This document shows positions 55,135 through 64,000 of a stretch of DNA of 64,000 nucleotides, piece by piece. The position numbers and the translations under genes were made by a program. Where the stretch lies: the NCBI RefSeq assembly GCF_001570565.1, contig NZ_BBXE01000013.1, positions 264,984 to 328,983 of the forward strand. Reading direction: 5' to 3'. Within the stretch, counting starts at the first letter, position 1, and each line of letters begins with the position of its first letter. Below the pieces are notes generated by a model. The model saw only the letters and a program-made list of their open reading frames with translations. It did not search any database and had not been told where the DNA came from. The stretch comes from Herbidospora yilanensis. Lineage in GTDB: Bacteria; Actinomycetota; Actinomycetes; Streptosporangiales; Streptosporangiaceae.

Positions 55135-56364
55135 ATGCTCATCGTGCACAACGCCGCCCTCCGCGGCCGCCCGGGCCGGTGGTCGCTGACCGCCGAGCGG
55201 GGCCGCATCACCTCGATCGGCCCCGATTCCGGCACGACCCCCGCCGCCCCCGCCCTCGACGCCGAGGGCAACCTGGTCACCGAGCCCTTCGTCGACGCCC
55301 ACCTCCACCTCTGCAAGGTCCACACGCTCGACCTGGCGGGCGGGGGGCCGCTGGCGGCGTACACGAAGGGGACCATGGGCGCGGCCATGGACGCCATCGA
55401 CGGCGCCTCGGCCGTGAAGGCCGGCCAGACCGAGGAGGCCGTCACCGAACGCGCCCGGTCGGCCCTGGTCGAGTCGGTCCGCCACGGGGTGCGGGCGGTG
55501 CAGGCCTTCGCCGACGTCGACCCGGTGGCCGGGCTGACCGGGGTGCGGGCCCTGCTGGCGCTGAAGGAGGAGTTCCGGGAGTTCGTGGACGTCAGGGTCG
55601 TCGCCTTCCCCCAGGACGGCCTGCTGAAGGCCCCCGGCACCGAGGAGCTCGTCGAGCGGGCGGTCGGCCTCGGCGCCGACGTGGTCGGCGGGATCCCGTG
55701 GATCGAGTTCACCGACGCCGACGCCGCCGAGCACGTGAGGCGCATGGTCGCGCTGGCGAAGCGCACCGGCAGGCGGGTCGCGATGCTCGTCGACGACGCG
55801 GGCGACCCCGGCCTGCGCACCACCGAGACCCTGGCCGCCGAGCTCCTCGCGCAGGACATGACCGGCCGGGCGAGCGCCCAGCACGCCCGCGCGATGGCCC
55901 TCTACCCCGAGCCCTACCTGCGCCGGCTGACCGGGCTGCTCGCCAAGGCGGGCCTCGGGCTGGTCAGCGACCCGCACACCGGCCCGCTCCACCTGCCGGT
56001 CCTCCCCCTGACCGACGCCGGGATCCCGGTCGCGCTGGGCCAGGACGACATCGAGGACGCCTACTACCCGTTCGGCCGCCACAACCTCCTGGAGGTCGCC
56101 TTCCTGGCCGCGCACCTCCTCGGCCCGGACCGCCTCGACGACCTGTACGACATGGTCACCACCACCGCCGCCCAGGTGATCGGCCGGGAGTCCGGCGGTT
56201 TGAAGGAGGGCGCCGCGGCCGACTTCGTCGTCCTCGACGGCACGACGATCAGGGAGGCGCTGACCCGCCACAACCCGCCCCGGCACGTCGTCGTGGGCGG
56301 CCGGGTGATCGCCTCGACGAAGTCCCGGACCCACTTTCCCGCGTTCCCCGGAAAATCGGCGTAA
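55135..56364 (+). CDS. amidohydrolase-superfamily protein (cytosine-deaminase-like)
   Basis: Metal-binding HxH (FVDAHLHL), followed by the TIM-barrel amidohydrolase pattern; an alternative start at 55105. Confidence 0.7.
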   Translation: MLIVHNAALRGRPGRWSLTAERGRITSIGPDSGTTPAAPALDAEGNLVTEPFVDAHLHLCKVHTLDLAGGGPLAAYTKGTMGAAMDAIDGASAVKAGQTEEAVTERARSALVESVRHGVRAVQAFADVDPVAGLTGVRALLALKEEFREFVDVRVVAFPQDGLLKAPGTEELVERAVGLGADVVGGIPWIEFTDADAAEHVRRMVALAKRTGRRVAMLVDDAGDPGLRTTETLAAELLAQDMTGRASAQHARAMALYPEPYLRRLTGLLAKAGLGLVSDPHTGPLHLPVLPLTDAGIPVALGQDDIEDAYYPFGRHNLLEVAFLAAHLLGPDRLDDLYDMVTTTAAQVIGRESGGLKEGAAADFVVLDGTTIREALTRHNPPRHVVVGGRVIASTKSRTHFPAFPGKSA

Positions 56365-56447
56365 CCCCCTTTATGGTGAGGTCTCGGTGCGGAGTGACGC
56401 GTGTACGGACGGTCACCGCAAGAGACCTTTCCCCTGATGGAGGCCCC

Positions 56448-56825
56448 GTGCAGGCGGACGACCTGGCCGGGCTGGCGACCGACGAGCGGTTCCGCCTGCT
56501 CAAAACACGCTTCCGGCGACTGGCGCTGACGATCGTTGGAGCGTTCCTCGGCTGGTATTTCCTCTACATCGCCCTGTCGGCGTTCGCCCGCGACTTCATG
56601 GCCATGCCCGCGATCGGCAACGTCAACGTCGCGCTGCTGCTCGGGGTGCTCCAGTTCGTCTCGACGTTCGCGCTGGCCTGGCGCTACACCCGGTACGCCC
56701 GGCGGAAGCTCGACCCGCTGTCGGCCGAGCTGCGCGACGAGGCCGGTCAGCGCCAGGCCGAACGCGAACGGGAACGCCGCATCCTGGCCGAGCGCCACCG
56801 CATCGAGAACTGGACGCGCCGATGA
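56448..56825 (+). CDS. DUF485 membrane protein (ActP partner)
   Basis: GTG start after GGAGG; two TM helices; a 4-nt overlap with the downstream SSS symporter. This is the usual DUF485-ActP pair. Confidence 0.7.
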   Translation: MQADDLAGLATDERFRLLKTRFRRLALTIVGAFLGWYFLYIALSAFARDFMAMPAIGNVNVALLLGVLQFVSTFALAWRYTRYARRKLDPLSAELRDEAGQRQAERERERRILAERHRIENWTRR

Positions 56826-58468
56826 CCATCGGGCTGTTCGCCGTCTTCATCGTGATCACCCTCGGGGTGACGATCTGGGCCCGCGTCAACACCAGGGGCA
56901 CCGACGACTTCTACGCCGGCGGCCGGGCGTTCTCCGGCGCGCAGAACGGCCTGGCCCTCGCCGGCGACTACATGTCGGCGGCCTCGTTCCTGGGCATCGC
57001 CGGCATCATCGCGTTGTCGGGCTACGACGGGTTCCTCTACTCGATCGGCTTCCTGGTGGCGTGGCTGCTGACGCTGCTGCTGGTCGAGCTGATGCGCAAC
57101 GCCGGCCGGTTCACCATGGCCGACGTGTTGTCCTACCGGGTGGGCAGGCGGCCGATGGTGCGCACCGCCGCCGCCGTCTCGACGGTGACCGTGTCGGTGT
57201 TCTACCTGGTCGCGCAGATGGTCGGCGCGGGCGCGCTGGTCTCGCTGCTGCTCGGCATCCACCCGGGCGAGACGTTCATGGGCATCTCGCCGGAGGCCGC
57301 CCAGGTCATCACGATCCTGGTCGTCGGCATGATGATGATCTTCTACGTCAGCTACGGCGGCATGAAGGGCACCACCTGGGTGCAGATCATCAAGGCCGTG
57401 CTGCTGATGGCCGGGACCACCGCGCTGACCGTCCTGGTGCTCAGCAGGTTCGGCTTCAACCTGAGCGAGATGCTGGGCGCGGCCGACGCCCGCAGCGGCC
57501 GGCCCGGCGAGTTCCTCAACCCCGGCCAGCGCTACGCCAAGGACGCCGACGGCATCGTCGGCAAACTCGACTTCGCCAGCCTGGCGGTCGCGCTGGTGCT
57601 CGGCACCGCCGGGCTGCCGCACATCGTCGGCCGGTTCTTCACCGTCCCCGACGCACGCGCCGCCCGCACGTCGGTGAACTGGGCGATCGGCCTGGTCGGC
57701 GCCTTCTACCTGATGACCCTCGCGCTCGGATTCGGGGCGACCGCGCTGGTCGGCCAGGAGGCCATCACCGCCCAGGACCCGTCGGGCAACACGGCGGCGC
57801 TGCAACTCGCGCAGGCGGTCGGCGCGTCGGTGGCCGGCCCGGTCGGCGGCGAGATCCTGCTCGCCTTCATCGGCGCGGTGGCGTTCGCGACGATCCTCGC
57901 CGTGGTGTCCGGGCTGGTGCTGGCGTCGTCGACGTCGCTGGCCCACGACTTCTTCGGGCACGTGCTGATGTTCGGCAAGCCGAAGGAGTCGCAGGAGGTC
58001 GCGGTGGCCCGCTTCTCCGCGTTCGTCATCGGCGTGTTCGCGGTCTTCCTGGCCGTGCTGGTACGCGATATGAACGTGGCGTTCCTGGTCGCGCTGGCCT
58101 TCGCGATGGCCGCCTCGGCGAACCTGCCCGCGATCGTGTTGTCGTTGTTCTGGCGGCGCTTCAACTCGACCGGGGTGGTGTGCGGGATCTACGGCGGACT
58201 GCTGGGCTCGATCGCGCTCGTGGCGCTGTCACCGGTGGTGTCGGGCGGCCCGAGGTCGCTGCTGCCGCCGCCGGTCGACTTCCACGTGTTCCCGCTGGAG
58301 AACCCGGGTCTGGTGTCGATCCCGTTCGCGTTCCTGTGCGCGGTCGCCGGGACGCTGCTGAGCGGGGAGAAGTCGGATCCGGGCCGCTACTCGGAACTGT
58401 CGGTGCGCGCCCTCACCGGCGCCGGGGCCCACGGGCAGCCCGCGAAGAATGTCGGTGGTGCTCGTTAG
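56822..58468 (+). CDS. actP: cation/acetate symporter ActP (SSS family)
   Basis: Thirteen or fourteen TM helices with solute:sodium symporter family motifs. Confidence 0.85.
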   Translation: MTIGLFAVFIVITLGVTIWARVNTRGTDDFYAGGRAFSGAQNGLALAGDYMSAASFLGIAGIIALSGYDGFLYSIGFLVAWLLTLLLVELMRNAGRFTMADVLSYRVGRRPMVRTAAAVSTVTVSVFYLVAQMVGAGALVSLLLGIHPGETFMGISPEAAQVITILVVGMMMIFYVSYGGMKGTTWVQIIKAVLLMAGTTALTVLVLSRFGFNLSEMLGAADARSGRPGEFLNPGQRYAKDADGIVGKLDFASLAVALVLGTAGLPHIVGRFFTVPDARAARTSVNWAIGLVGAFYLMTLALGFGATALVGQEAITAQDPSGNTAALQLAQAVGASVAGPVGGEILLAFIGAVAFATILAVVSGLVLASSTSLAHDFFGHVLMFGKPKESQEVAVARFSAFVIGVFAVFLAVLVRDMNVAFLVALAFAMAASANLPAIVLSLFWRRFNSTGVVCGIYGGLLGSIALVALSPVVSGGPRSLLPPPVDFHVFPLENPGLVSIPFAFLCAVAGTLLSGEKSDPGRYSELSVRALTGAGAHGQPAKNVGGAR

Positions 58469-58477
58469 CGTGGCCGC

Positions 58478-58984
58478 ATGGGCGTTCCCGGACGATTGAC
58501 CATGGCGGTCGACGCGCTCGATCTGAAGCCCGACGCGTGGGTGCTGGAGATCGGGTGTGGTCGTGGGGGCGCCGCGCGGCTGGTGCTGGAGAGGCTGACG
58601 ACCGGCCGTTATCTCGGCGTCGACCGGTCGGAGACCGCCATCAGGGCCGCGCGGGAGAAGGTGCCGGAGGGCGACTTCCGGTGTGCGGCGCTGGAGCGCC
58701 TGTCGGTCGAGGGCGAGTTCGACGTCATCTTCGCGGTCAACGTCAACCACTTCTGGGTGCGCGACCCGGCCGCCGAGATGGAGCGGCTGCTGGCTCTGCT
58801 GGCGCCGGGCGGCTCGCTCACGCTCGTCTACGAGACGCCCGGCGAGCGGTCGGCCGAGCTCGGCGGGCGATTGTCCGAGGTGTTCGCCCGCCACGGCCTC
58901 CGGCCCGAGGTGAGCGTGCTCGGGCCGAAGGTGTTCGCGGTGGCGGGTCAGTCGCCCAGGGCCTCCCAGACCTCCCACAGATGA
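58478..58984 (+). CDS. class I SAM-dependent methyltransferase
   Basis: Motif I VLEIGCGRGG. Confidence 0.75.
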   Translation: MGVPGRLTMAVDALDLKPDAWVLEIGCGRGGAARLVLERLTTGRYLGVDRSETAIRAAREKVPEGDFRCAALERLSVEGEFDVIFAVNVNHFWVRDPAAEMERLLALLAPGGSLTLVYETPGERSAELGGRLSEVFARHGLRPEVSVLGPKVFAVAGQSPRASQTSHR

Positions 58985-59685
58985 CCGCTGACCGGCTGGT
59001 AGTAGACCTTCACCGTCACCGGGCCCGCGTGCCTGATGGCGTTGCGGAACGCCGTCGCGCTGCACGGCTTGGTGCCGATGCCGGCCTCCTCGTTGGGCAC
59101 GTTCGCGGTCCAGCCGTCGGAGCAGCTCTTCGTCACGCGGTTGAAACCGAGGTGGGTGTAGCGGAGCTTCACGGCGGCCCTGCCGGGGCGCTTGAACAAC
59201 ACCGTCCGGTCGTCGACGCGCTTCATCGAGCCGTAGGCGGTGACCGGGTTGGTCGGGACGGCGAGGAACTCGGCGACGGTGGTCAGCGACGGCGTGATGG
59301 TGATCTTCACCGGGGCGGGGCCGAGGCTGAGCACGAACTTGAGGTCGAGGGCGTCGCAGTCGGTGGTGCCCAGTCCCTTCTTGTCCTGCCTGATCCGGCC
59401 CTCGGTCTCCTTGAGGTCACATGCGGTGGTGATGCGGCGGAAGCGCACGCCGTCGGTGAAGATCCGGCGTTCCTTCGCGCCGGCGACGGTGGTCAGTTTG
59501 TAGCGGCGCACGCCGTGCTGCGTCACGAGCCTGGCCTTGGCGGGCGTGATGCGCAGGTGGTTGGAACCGTCCGCCCAGGCGTAGCCGTAGATGGTCTGTG
59601 TCTTCGCGGTGGCGGCGGCGGGTGTGGCCATGAGCGTGCTCGCGGCCAAGACGGTCACGGCGGCGGCGATCAGCGGGCGGGTCAT
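58948..59685 (-). CDS. secreted hypothetical protein
   Basis: Signal peptide MTRPLIAAAVTVLAASTLMATPAAATA; four Cys; GC3-rich. Confidence 0.55.
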   Translation of the reverse strand: MTRPLIAAAVTVLAASTLMATPAAATAKTQTIYGYAWADGSNHLRITPAKARLVTQHGVRRYKLTTVAGAKERRIFTDGVRFRRITTACDLKETEGRIRQDKKGLGTTDCDALDLKFVLSLGPAPVKITITPSLTTVAEFLAVPTNPVTAYGSMKRVDDRTVLFKRPGRAAVKLRYTHLGFNRVTKSCSDGWTANVPNEEAGIGTKPCSATAFRNAIRHAGPVTVKVYYQPVSGHLWEVWEALGD

Positions 59686-59842
59686 TCGGTTTCCCCCGGG
59701 GGTGGTCGGTTCGTGCTGAAAAACGTCTCTCGGGGAGTGGGACTCGCCGATGACGGTGAAAGTTCATGGCCCTCGACGGTCGTGACGCAACTGGAATCGC
59801 CCATGGGGGCGGGATGTTCTAGCAATTCGTGGAGGTAACGAG

Positions 59843-60652
59843 ATGTTCACACTGATGGCCGTGCACGCCCATCCCGACGACGAGGTGATGGGAACGGGCG
59901 GCACGTTCGCCCACTACGCCGCCCAGGGCGTGCGTACGGTGCTGGTGACGTGCACCAACGGAGAGCAGGGAGACGGGCCCGACGGGGTGAAACCGGGCCA
60001 GCCGGGCCACGACGACGAGGCGGTGGCGAAGGTCCGGCTGGCGGAGCTGCGCGAGTCGGCCGCCCATCTGGGCATCTCCGACGTGGAGCTGCTCGGCTAC
60101 CGCGACTCGGGCATGGACGGCTGGGACGGCAACGGCCACGAGCGCGCGTTCGCCAACGTCCCGGTCGACGAGGCGGCCGGGCGGCTGGCCGAGCTGATGC
60201 GGACCTACCGGCCGCAGGTGGTGCTGACCTACGACGAGAACGGCGGCTACGGCCACCCCGACCACATCCAGGCCCACCGGGTGGCGGCGCGGGCGGTCGA
60301 GCTGAGCGGCGTACCGGCGAAGTTCTACTACACCGCCACCCCGCGAAGCTGGATGAAGGACATGTACGACGGCATGGTCGCCGCCGGCATGGAGACCGAG
60401 GGCTGGGACGAGTACGAGAGCTGGACCACCCCCGACGAGAAGATCAGCGCGATCCTCGACACCTCGCCCTACGTCGAGCACAAGATCAAGGCGATCACCG
60501 CCCACGGCAGCCAGGGCGACAGCGCGTTCTTCCTGAGCCTGCCGCCCGACGTGCAGCGGAGCATGTTCTCGGGTGAGGCCTACACGCTGGTCAGGTCGAC
60601 GGTCCCGGCCGCCGAAGGGGTCGAGGACGACCTGTTCCGCGGGCTGCGTTAG
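59843..60652 (+). CDS. PIG-L family deacetylase/amidase (MshB/Mca-like, mycothiol pathway type)
   Basis: AHPDDE zinc-binding motif at the N-terminus. Confidence 0.8.
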   Translation: MFTLMAVHAHPDDEVMGTGGTFAHYAAQGVRTVLVTCTNGEQGDGPDGVKPGQPGHDDEAVAKVRLAELRESAAHLGISDVELLGYRDSGMDGWDGNGHERAFANVPVDEAAGRLAELMRTYRPQVVLTYDENGGYGHPDHIQAHRVAARAVELSGVPAKFYYTATPRSWMKDMYDGMVAAGMETEGWDEYESWTTPDEKISAILDTSPYVEHKIKAITAHGSQGDSAFFLSLPPDVQRSMFSGEAYTLVRSTVPAAEGVEDDLFRGLR

Positions 60653-61182
60653 GACGTGCGGCGGGCGCGCTCGGCGTCGACGTTGAGCGCCGCCCGCACC
60701 CCCGCCGGATCGGGCGCCACGCCGGTCCGGCGGATGGTCTCCGAGGTGATCTTCCCCGCCTGGAAGACCTTCGTGGCCTGCACGACCGTCTCCGAGCCGA
60801 AGTAGAAGGCGATGGCGACCGTCATGAACTGGCGCAGCGTGTCCCAGAACTCCTTGCGGTCGTCGAGCGGGCCGATGACGAACGCGTAGGTGTTCAGCAG
60901 CAGCCACGCCACGAACAGCGCGCCCGCGAGGGCCACCCGCATCTTCCTGACCGACGCGTAGAGGCCGAAGAACGCCACGATGCCGGTCAGCGTGACCGTC
61001 GCGCCGACGATCCACTGCTCGGTGAGCGTGGTCGGCACCGTGAGCAGGATCCACGACGTGGCGACCAGCGCGGTCAGCAGGAATCCGGTGAACACCAGGC
61101 CGCGTACCGAGACCTCCTCCGCGTCCCGCTTGTCGGTCAGGGAGAACATCGCGGGGCGCGGCGGCTGCACCGGCTCGGCCAT
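60649..61182 (-). CDS. hypothetical integral membrane protein
   Basis: Four predicted TM helices. Confidence 0.5.
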   Translation of the reverse strand: MAEPVQPPRPAMFSLTDKRDAEEVSVRGLVFTGFLLTALVATSWILLTVPTTLTEQWIVGATVTLTGIVAFFGLYASVRKMRVALAGALFVAWLLLNTYAFVIGPLDDRKEFWDTLRQFMTVAIAFYFGSETVVQATKVFQAGKITSETIRRTGVAPDPAGVRAALNVDAERARRTS

Positions 61183-61238
61183 ATGGAACGCTCCTGGGCG
61201 CGTCGATGATCAGGACAGCCCAGTGTCCGGTGAGCCGG

Positions 61239-63308
61239 TTAACCCGTGGTTACCACTTTGAATCGGCCGGGCAACCGATCGATCTCGGCGGCCCCGGCGG
61301 CGTCGACCGATACGGACACCGGCGTGCCGGCGACCACGAACCCGTCAGCGGTGACCGCGCCGAGGGGCGCGCCGGCCATCGGGCGCAGGTCGACCGTGCC
61401 GCCCGGCACGTCGGGGTAGAGGCCGACCGCCGCGTGGGCGATGACCACGGCGGCCGCCGCCGACCAGGCCTGCGGGCGGCAGGAGGCCGGGTAGGGCACC
61501 GGGCGGCCGACCGCGTCGCGGGCGTCGCCGGACAGCAGTTCGGGCAGCCGGTTCTCGAAAGGCTCGGCCGCGGCGAGCAGCCCCTCGGCGAGGACGGCGG
61601 CCTCGGCGCCGAAGCCGTCGCGGGCCAGGCCGGCGATGACGACGGCGGTGTCGTGGGGCCAGACCGAGCCGCAGTGGTAGGACAGCGGGCTGAAGCCCTT
61701 GTCGGCCGACGACATCGTGCGCAGGCCGAACCCGGCCGACATCTCGGGTGCGGCGAGGAAGGAGGCTACCCGGGCCGACTCCTCGTGGTTGAGGATGCCG
61801 GTCCCGAGCAGGTGGCCGATGTTGCTGGTCAGCGCATCGACCGGCCGCTTGTCGCGGTCGAGCGCGAGAGCGGGGTAGCCGCCCTCGACCCAGAACCGCT
61901 CGCGGAATCGGTGGGCCATCGCGGCGGCGTACGCGCGCCAGACGTCGGCGCCGGGGCGGCCGAAGGCGTCCAGGATCGCGGCGCCCTTGACGGCGGCCTC
62001 GTAGGCGTAACCCTGGACCTCGGCCAGGGCGATGGGCGGTTCGGCCAGGCTTCCGTCGTGGAACCTGACCGAGTCGCCGGAGTCCTTCCAGCCCTGGTTG
62101 GCCAGGCCGCGCCCGCTGGCGTCGATGTACTCCAGGAAGCCGTCGCCGTCGGGGTCGGCGTCGGTGGCCAGCCAGCTCAGGGCCGCCTCCATGGCCGGGA
62201 GCAGCGCCTCGACCTCCCCGTCGGGCAGGCCCCAGCGCCAGGCGTCGTGCAGCAGGCTGATCCACAGCGGGGTGGCGTCGATCGTGCCGTAGTAGGCGGC
62301 CGGGAGCCGCAGCCCGTTCACGGGCACCACGAACTCGCCCCTGCGGAGCTCGTGCATGATCTTGCCGGGGGCCTCGCCGGTCAGCGGGTCGTTCCTGACG
62401 CCCTGGCGGCGGGCCAGCACCCGCAGGGTGCCGCGCGCCAGCTCGGTGCCGAGCGGCAGCAGCATGCGGGCGGCCCACAGGCTGTCGCGGCCGAACACGG
62501 TCAGGAACCACGGCACGCCCGCCCCCAGGAAGGTGTCGGCGGGATGGCCGGTCTCGGTGAGGCGCAGGCCTTGGAGGTCGTCGAGACTCTGGGACAACAG
62601 ACGGCTCAGCCTTCTGTCCGTGACCGTCAAGGACGGACGCGTCCACTCGACCGGGCCCGGCGGCGCGGCCACGACGGCGGCCGGGTCGGTCACCATCACG
62701 CGCCAGCACAACGTCTTGGTCTCACCGGGTTCGAGGGTCACCTCCCAGCGCAGTTCACGCCCGTGCACCTCGGCCCCCTCGCCGGTCATCGCCACGGTGG
62801 TGCCGCCCGACGCCCAGGTCAGCTCGCCCGCGACCGGGGTCACCGGTTCGGCGACGTGGCCCGACTTGACGGTCTCGATGGCGGCCAGGTCGCAGTTCAC
62901 CCGCATCGCCACGGTCATGGCCACGGGCATGGTGGCGGTCGAGGCGATGGTGATCTCCTCGGCCATGCCGTACGCGCGGATCTCGCGCAGCCGGTCGACG
63001 CGGACCACCGGGTCGGGCTGCACGTCGCCGAGCCAGCGCGCCAGCGAGGTGAACCGGCTGCGGCCGGGGCCGGCGGCGGCGTGCGCGATCGGCTCGGCCT
63101 CCCGGCCGTCGATCAGCAAGACCGCCTCCGAGACCACCCGCCGGTCGGCGTGGAAGGTCCCCTGCACCCCGGCCGCCCGTATCTGGCCGTCGGCGCCGCT
63201 GAGCGCGCTCGTGGGCGCCATGACGGTGCTGACCAGGTCGTGCAGGAGCGGCTGCAGCCGGACGTCGGCGGCGGAGGGGGAGTCGGCAGGCACGCGGTGG
63301 TCCTTCAC
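61239..63308 (-). CDS. amylo-alpha-1,6-glucosidase / glycogen-debranching-enzyme-type (alpha/alpha)6-barrel glycoside hydrolase
   Basis: GDE_N-like N-terminal beta domain and a C-terminal (alpha/alpha)6 barrel (...GWKDSGDSVRFHDG...EVQGYAYEA...). Confidence 0.7.
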   Translation of the reverse strand: MKDHRVPADSPSAADVRLQPLLHDLVSTVMAPTSALSGADGQIRAAGVQGTFHADRRVVSEAVLLIDGREAEPIAHAAAGPGRSRFTSLARWLGDVQPDPVVRVDRLREIRAYGMAEEITIASTATMPVAMTVAMRVNCDLAAIETVKSGHVAEPVTPVAGELTWASGGTTVAMTGEGAEVHGRELRWEVTLEPGETKTLCWRVMVTDPAAVVAAPPGPVEWTRPSLTVTDRRLSRLLSQSLDDLQGLRLTETGHPADTFLGAGVPWFLTVFGRDSLWAARMLLPLGTELARGTLRVLARRQGVRNDPLTGEAPGKIMHELRRGEFVVPVNGLRLPAAYYGTIDATPLWISLLHDAWRWGLPDGEVEALLPAMEAALSWLATDADPDGDGFLEYIDASGRGLANQGWKDSGDSVRFHDGSLAEPPIALAEVQGYAYEAAVKGAAILDAFGRPGADVWRAYAAAMAHRFRERFWVEGGYPALALDRDKRPVDALTSNIGHLLGTGILNHEESARVASFLAAPEMSAGFGLRTMSSADKGFSPLSYHCGSVWPHDTAVVIAGLARDGFGAEAAVLAEGLLAAAEPFENRLPELLSGDARDAVGRPVPYPASCRPQAWSAAAAVVIAHAAVGLYPDVPGGTVDLRPMAGAPLGAVTADGFVVAGTPVSVSVDAAGAAEIDRLPGRFKVVTTG

Positions 63309-63366
63309 GAAGTTGTGTCTTGACAGATCAAGAGCAGGGGTGCAGATTGCGAAACAATTCTCTAAC

Positions 63367-63408
63367 TTGAACGATCAAATCATGCATTACTTCCGTTTGA
63401 TCGTTCAA
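63367..63408. promoter_or_regulatory. inverted repeat TTGAACGATCAAA-N16-TTTGATCGTTCAA between the divergent GH gene and the LacI gene
   Basis: 13-bp arms that are exact reverse complements; a LacI-type operator candidate. Confidence 0.4.
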
Positions 63409-63427
63409 CCCCCCGAAAGGTGCACAG

Positions 63428-64000
63428 ATGGCCGACAAGGTGACGATCGCCGACGTGGCGCGCGCTGCCGGTGTATCTCGCCAGACGGTCTCCAACGCGC
63501 TGAACACCCCCGAGGTGGTCCGTGAGGAGACCCGGCGCCGGGTCCTCGACGTCGTCGAGGAGCTCGGCTACCGGGTCAACCAGGCGGCCCGCCAGATGCG
63601 GACCGGCCGGTCCCGGTTGATCGCCGCCCGCATCGACCCCGAGCAGGACGGCATCAACGGCTCGGTCGGCGACCGGTTCCTGCACGGCCTCACCGAGACG
63701 GCCGCCCGCGAGGGCTACCGGGTGCTGCTCTACACCGCCGACGGCGACGACGCCGAGACCGCCGCCTTCGACGACCTGCTCGGCGCGTACGAACCCGACG
63801 CCTTCGTGCTGATGGCCACCCACCACGGCGACCGGCGCACGAGCTGGCTGGCCGAGCGGGGTGTGCCGTTCGTCACCTTCGGCCGGGCGTGGAGCGAGCC
63901 GGACGCCCCCCACTGCTGGGTCGACGTCGACGGCGCCGCCGGCACCGAGGCCGCCACCCGGCACCTGCTCTCCCGGGGCCACCGCCGGATCGGCTTCCTC
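63428..64000 (+). CDS. LacI-family transcriptional regulator (3' end beyond window)
   Basis: MADKVTIADVARAAGVSRQTVSNALN HTH; not listed in the ORF track. Confidence 0.85.
   Translation, partial: MADKVTIADVARAAGVSRQTVSNALNTPEVVREETRRRVLDVVEELGYRVNQAARQMRTGRSRLIAARIDPEQDGINGSVGDRFLHGLTETAAREGYRVLLYTADGDDAETAAFDDLLGAYEPDAFVLMATHHGDRRTSWLAERGVPFVTFGRAWSEPDAPHCWVDVDGAAGTEAATRHLLSRGHRRIGFL

Noticed and set aside
55065-56825. 586-aa + ORF
   Set aside because: It is an out-of-frame read-through over the amidohydrolase gene. Only its last ~125 codons, from the GTG at 56448, correspond to the real DUF485 protein.

Overview
High-GC actinomycete-type chromosomal DNA in which antisense shadow ORFs are common and real genes show strong GC3 bias. 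The family signatures are SARP, DUF397/XRE pairs, LLM oxidoreductases, ECF sigma plus YCII, and a PIG-L deacetylase. I read the sequence directly, because the ORF track omits several real genes, including the partial SARP gene at the 5' end, all five sub-threshold peptide ORFs, the 66-aa small ORF and the partial LacI gene at the 3' end. Left to right, the window contains the following:
- a SARP/AfsR regulator (partial) and an OmpR-type two-component system;
- a DUF305 lipoprotein;
- a LacI regulator preceded by a perfect CebR-type palindrome and translationally coupled to a membrane Ser/Thr kinase;
- mscL (with a C-terminal Cys4 tail) behind two tandem CebR-type boxes;
- a roughly 1.3 kb T-depleted non-coding stretch with degenerate 28-30 bp tandem repeats;
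- a Tat-secreted TIM-barrel isomerase and a 1099-aa PQQ-type sugar dehydrogenase;
- a DUF397/XRE pair, an MFS transporter and an acyl-CoA synthetase;
- a tricorn protease and a beta-lactamase-like lipoprotein;
- a translationally coupled nfeD-flotillin-giant AAA ATPase operon, possibly continuing into a nitronate monooxygenase.
The most notable locus spans about 35.8 to 51.6 kb and is a RiPP-type gene cluster with these components:
- five tandem, unannotated 46-51 aa ORFs (45247-46046) with a conserved 'ELIAGYANYASTE' leader and cysteine-free cores that strictly alternate hydrophobic residues with Ser/Thr;
- a divergent operon encoding an APH-like kinase, a HopA1-like protein, an F420-type LLM oxidoreductase, an ABC exporter and an M16 peptidase pair;
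- a convergent operon encoding a LanM-like synthetase, a 66-aa Cys-free ORF and an LAL regulator, with a second LAL regulator on the far flank.
This predicts, by inference, heavily dehydrated and possibly D-residue-containing linear peptides. The remainder of the window is housekeeping and accessory genes: Hsp20, NAD kinase, a TPR-type ECF sigma with two YCII proteins, an amidohydrolase, DUF485/ActP, a PIG-L deacetylase, a glycogen-debranching-type enzyme and a second partial LacI gene.
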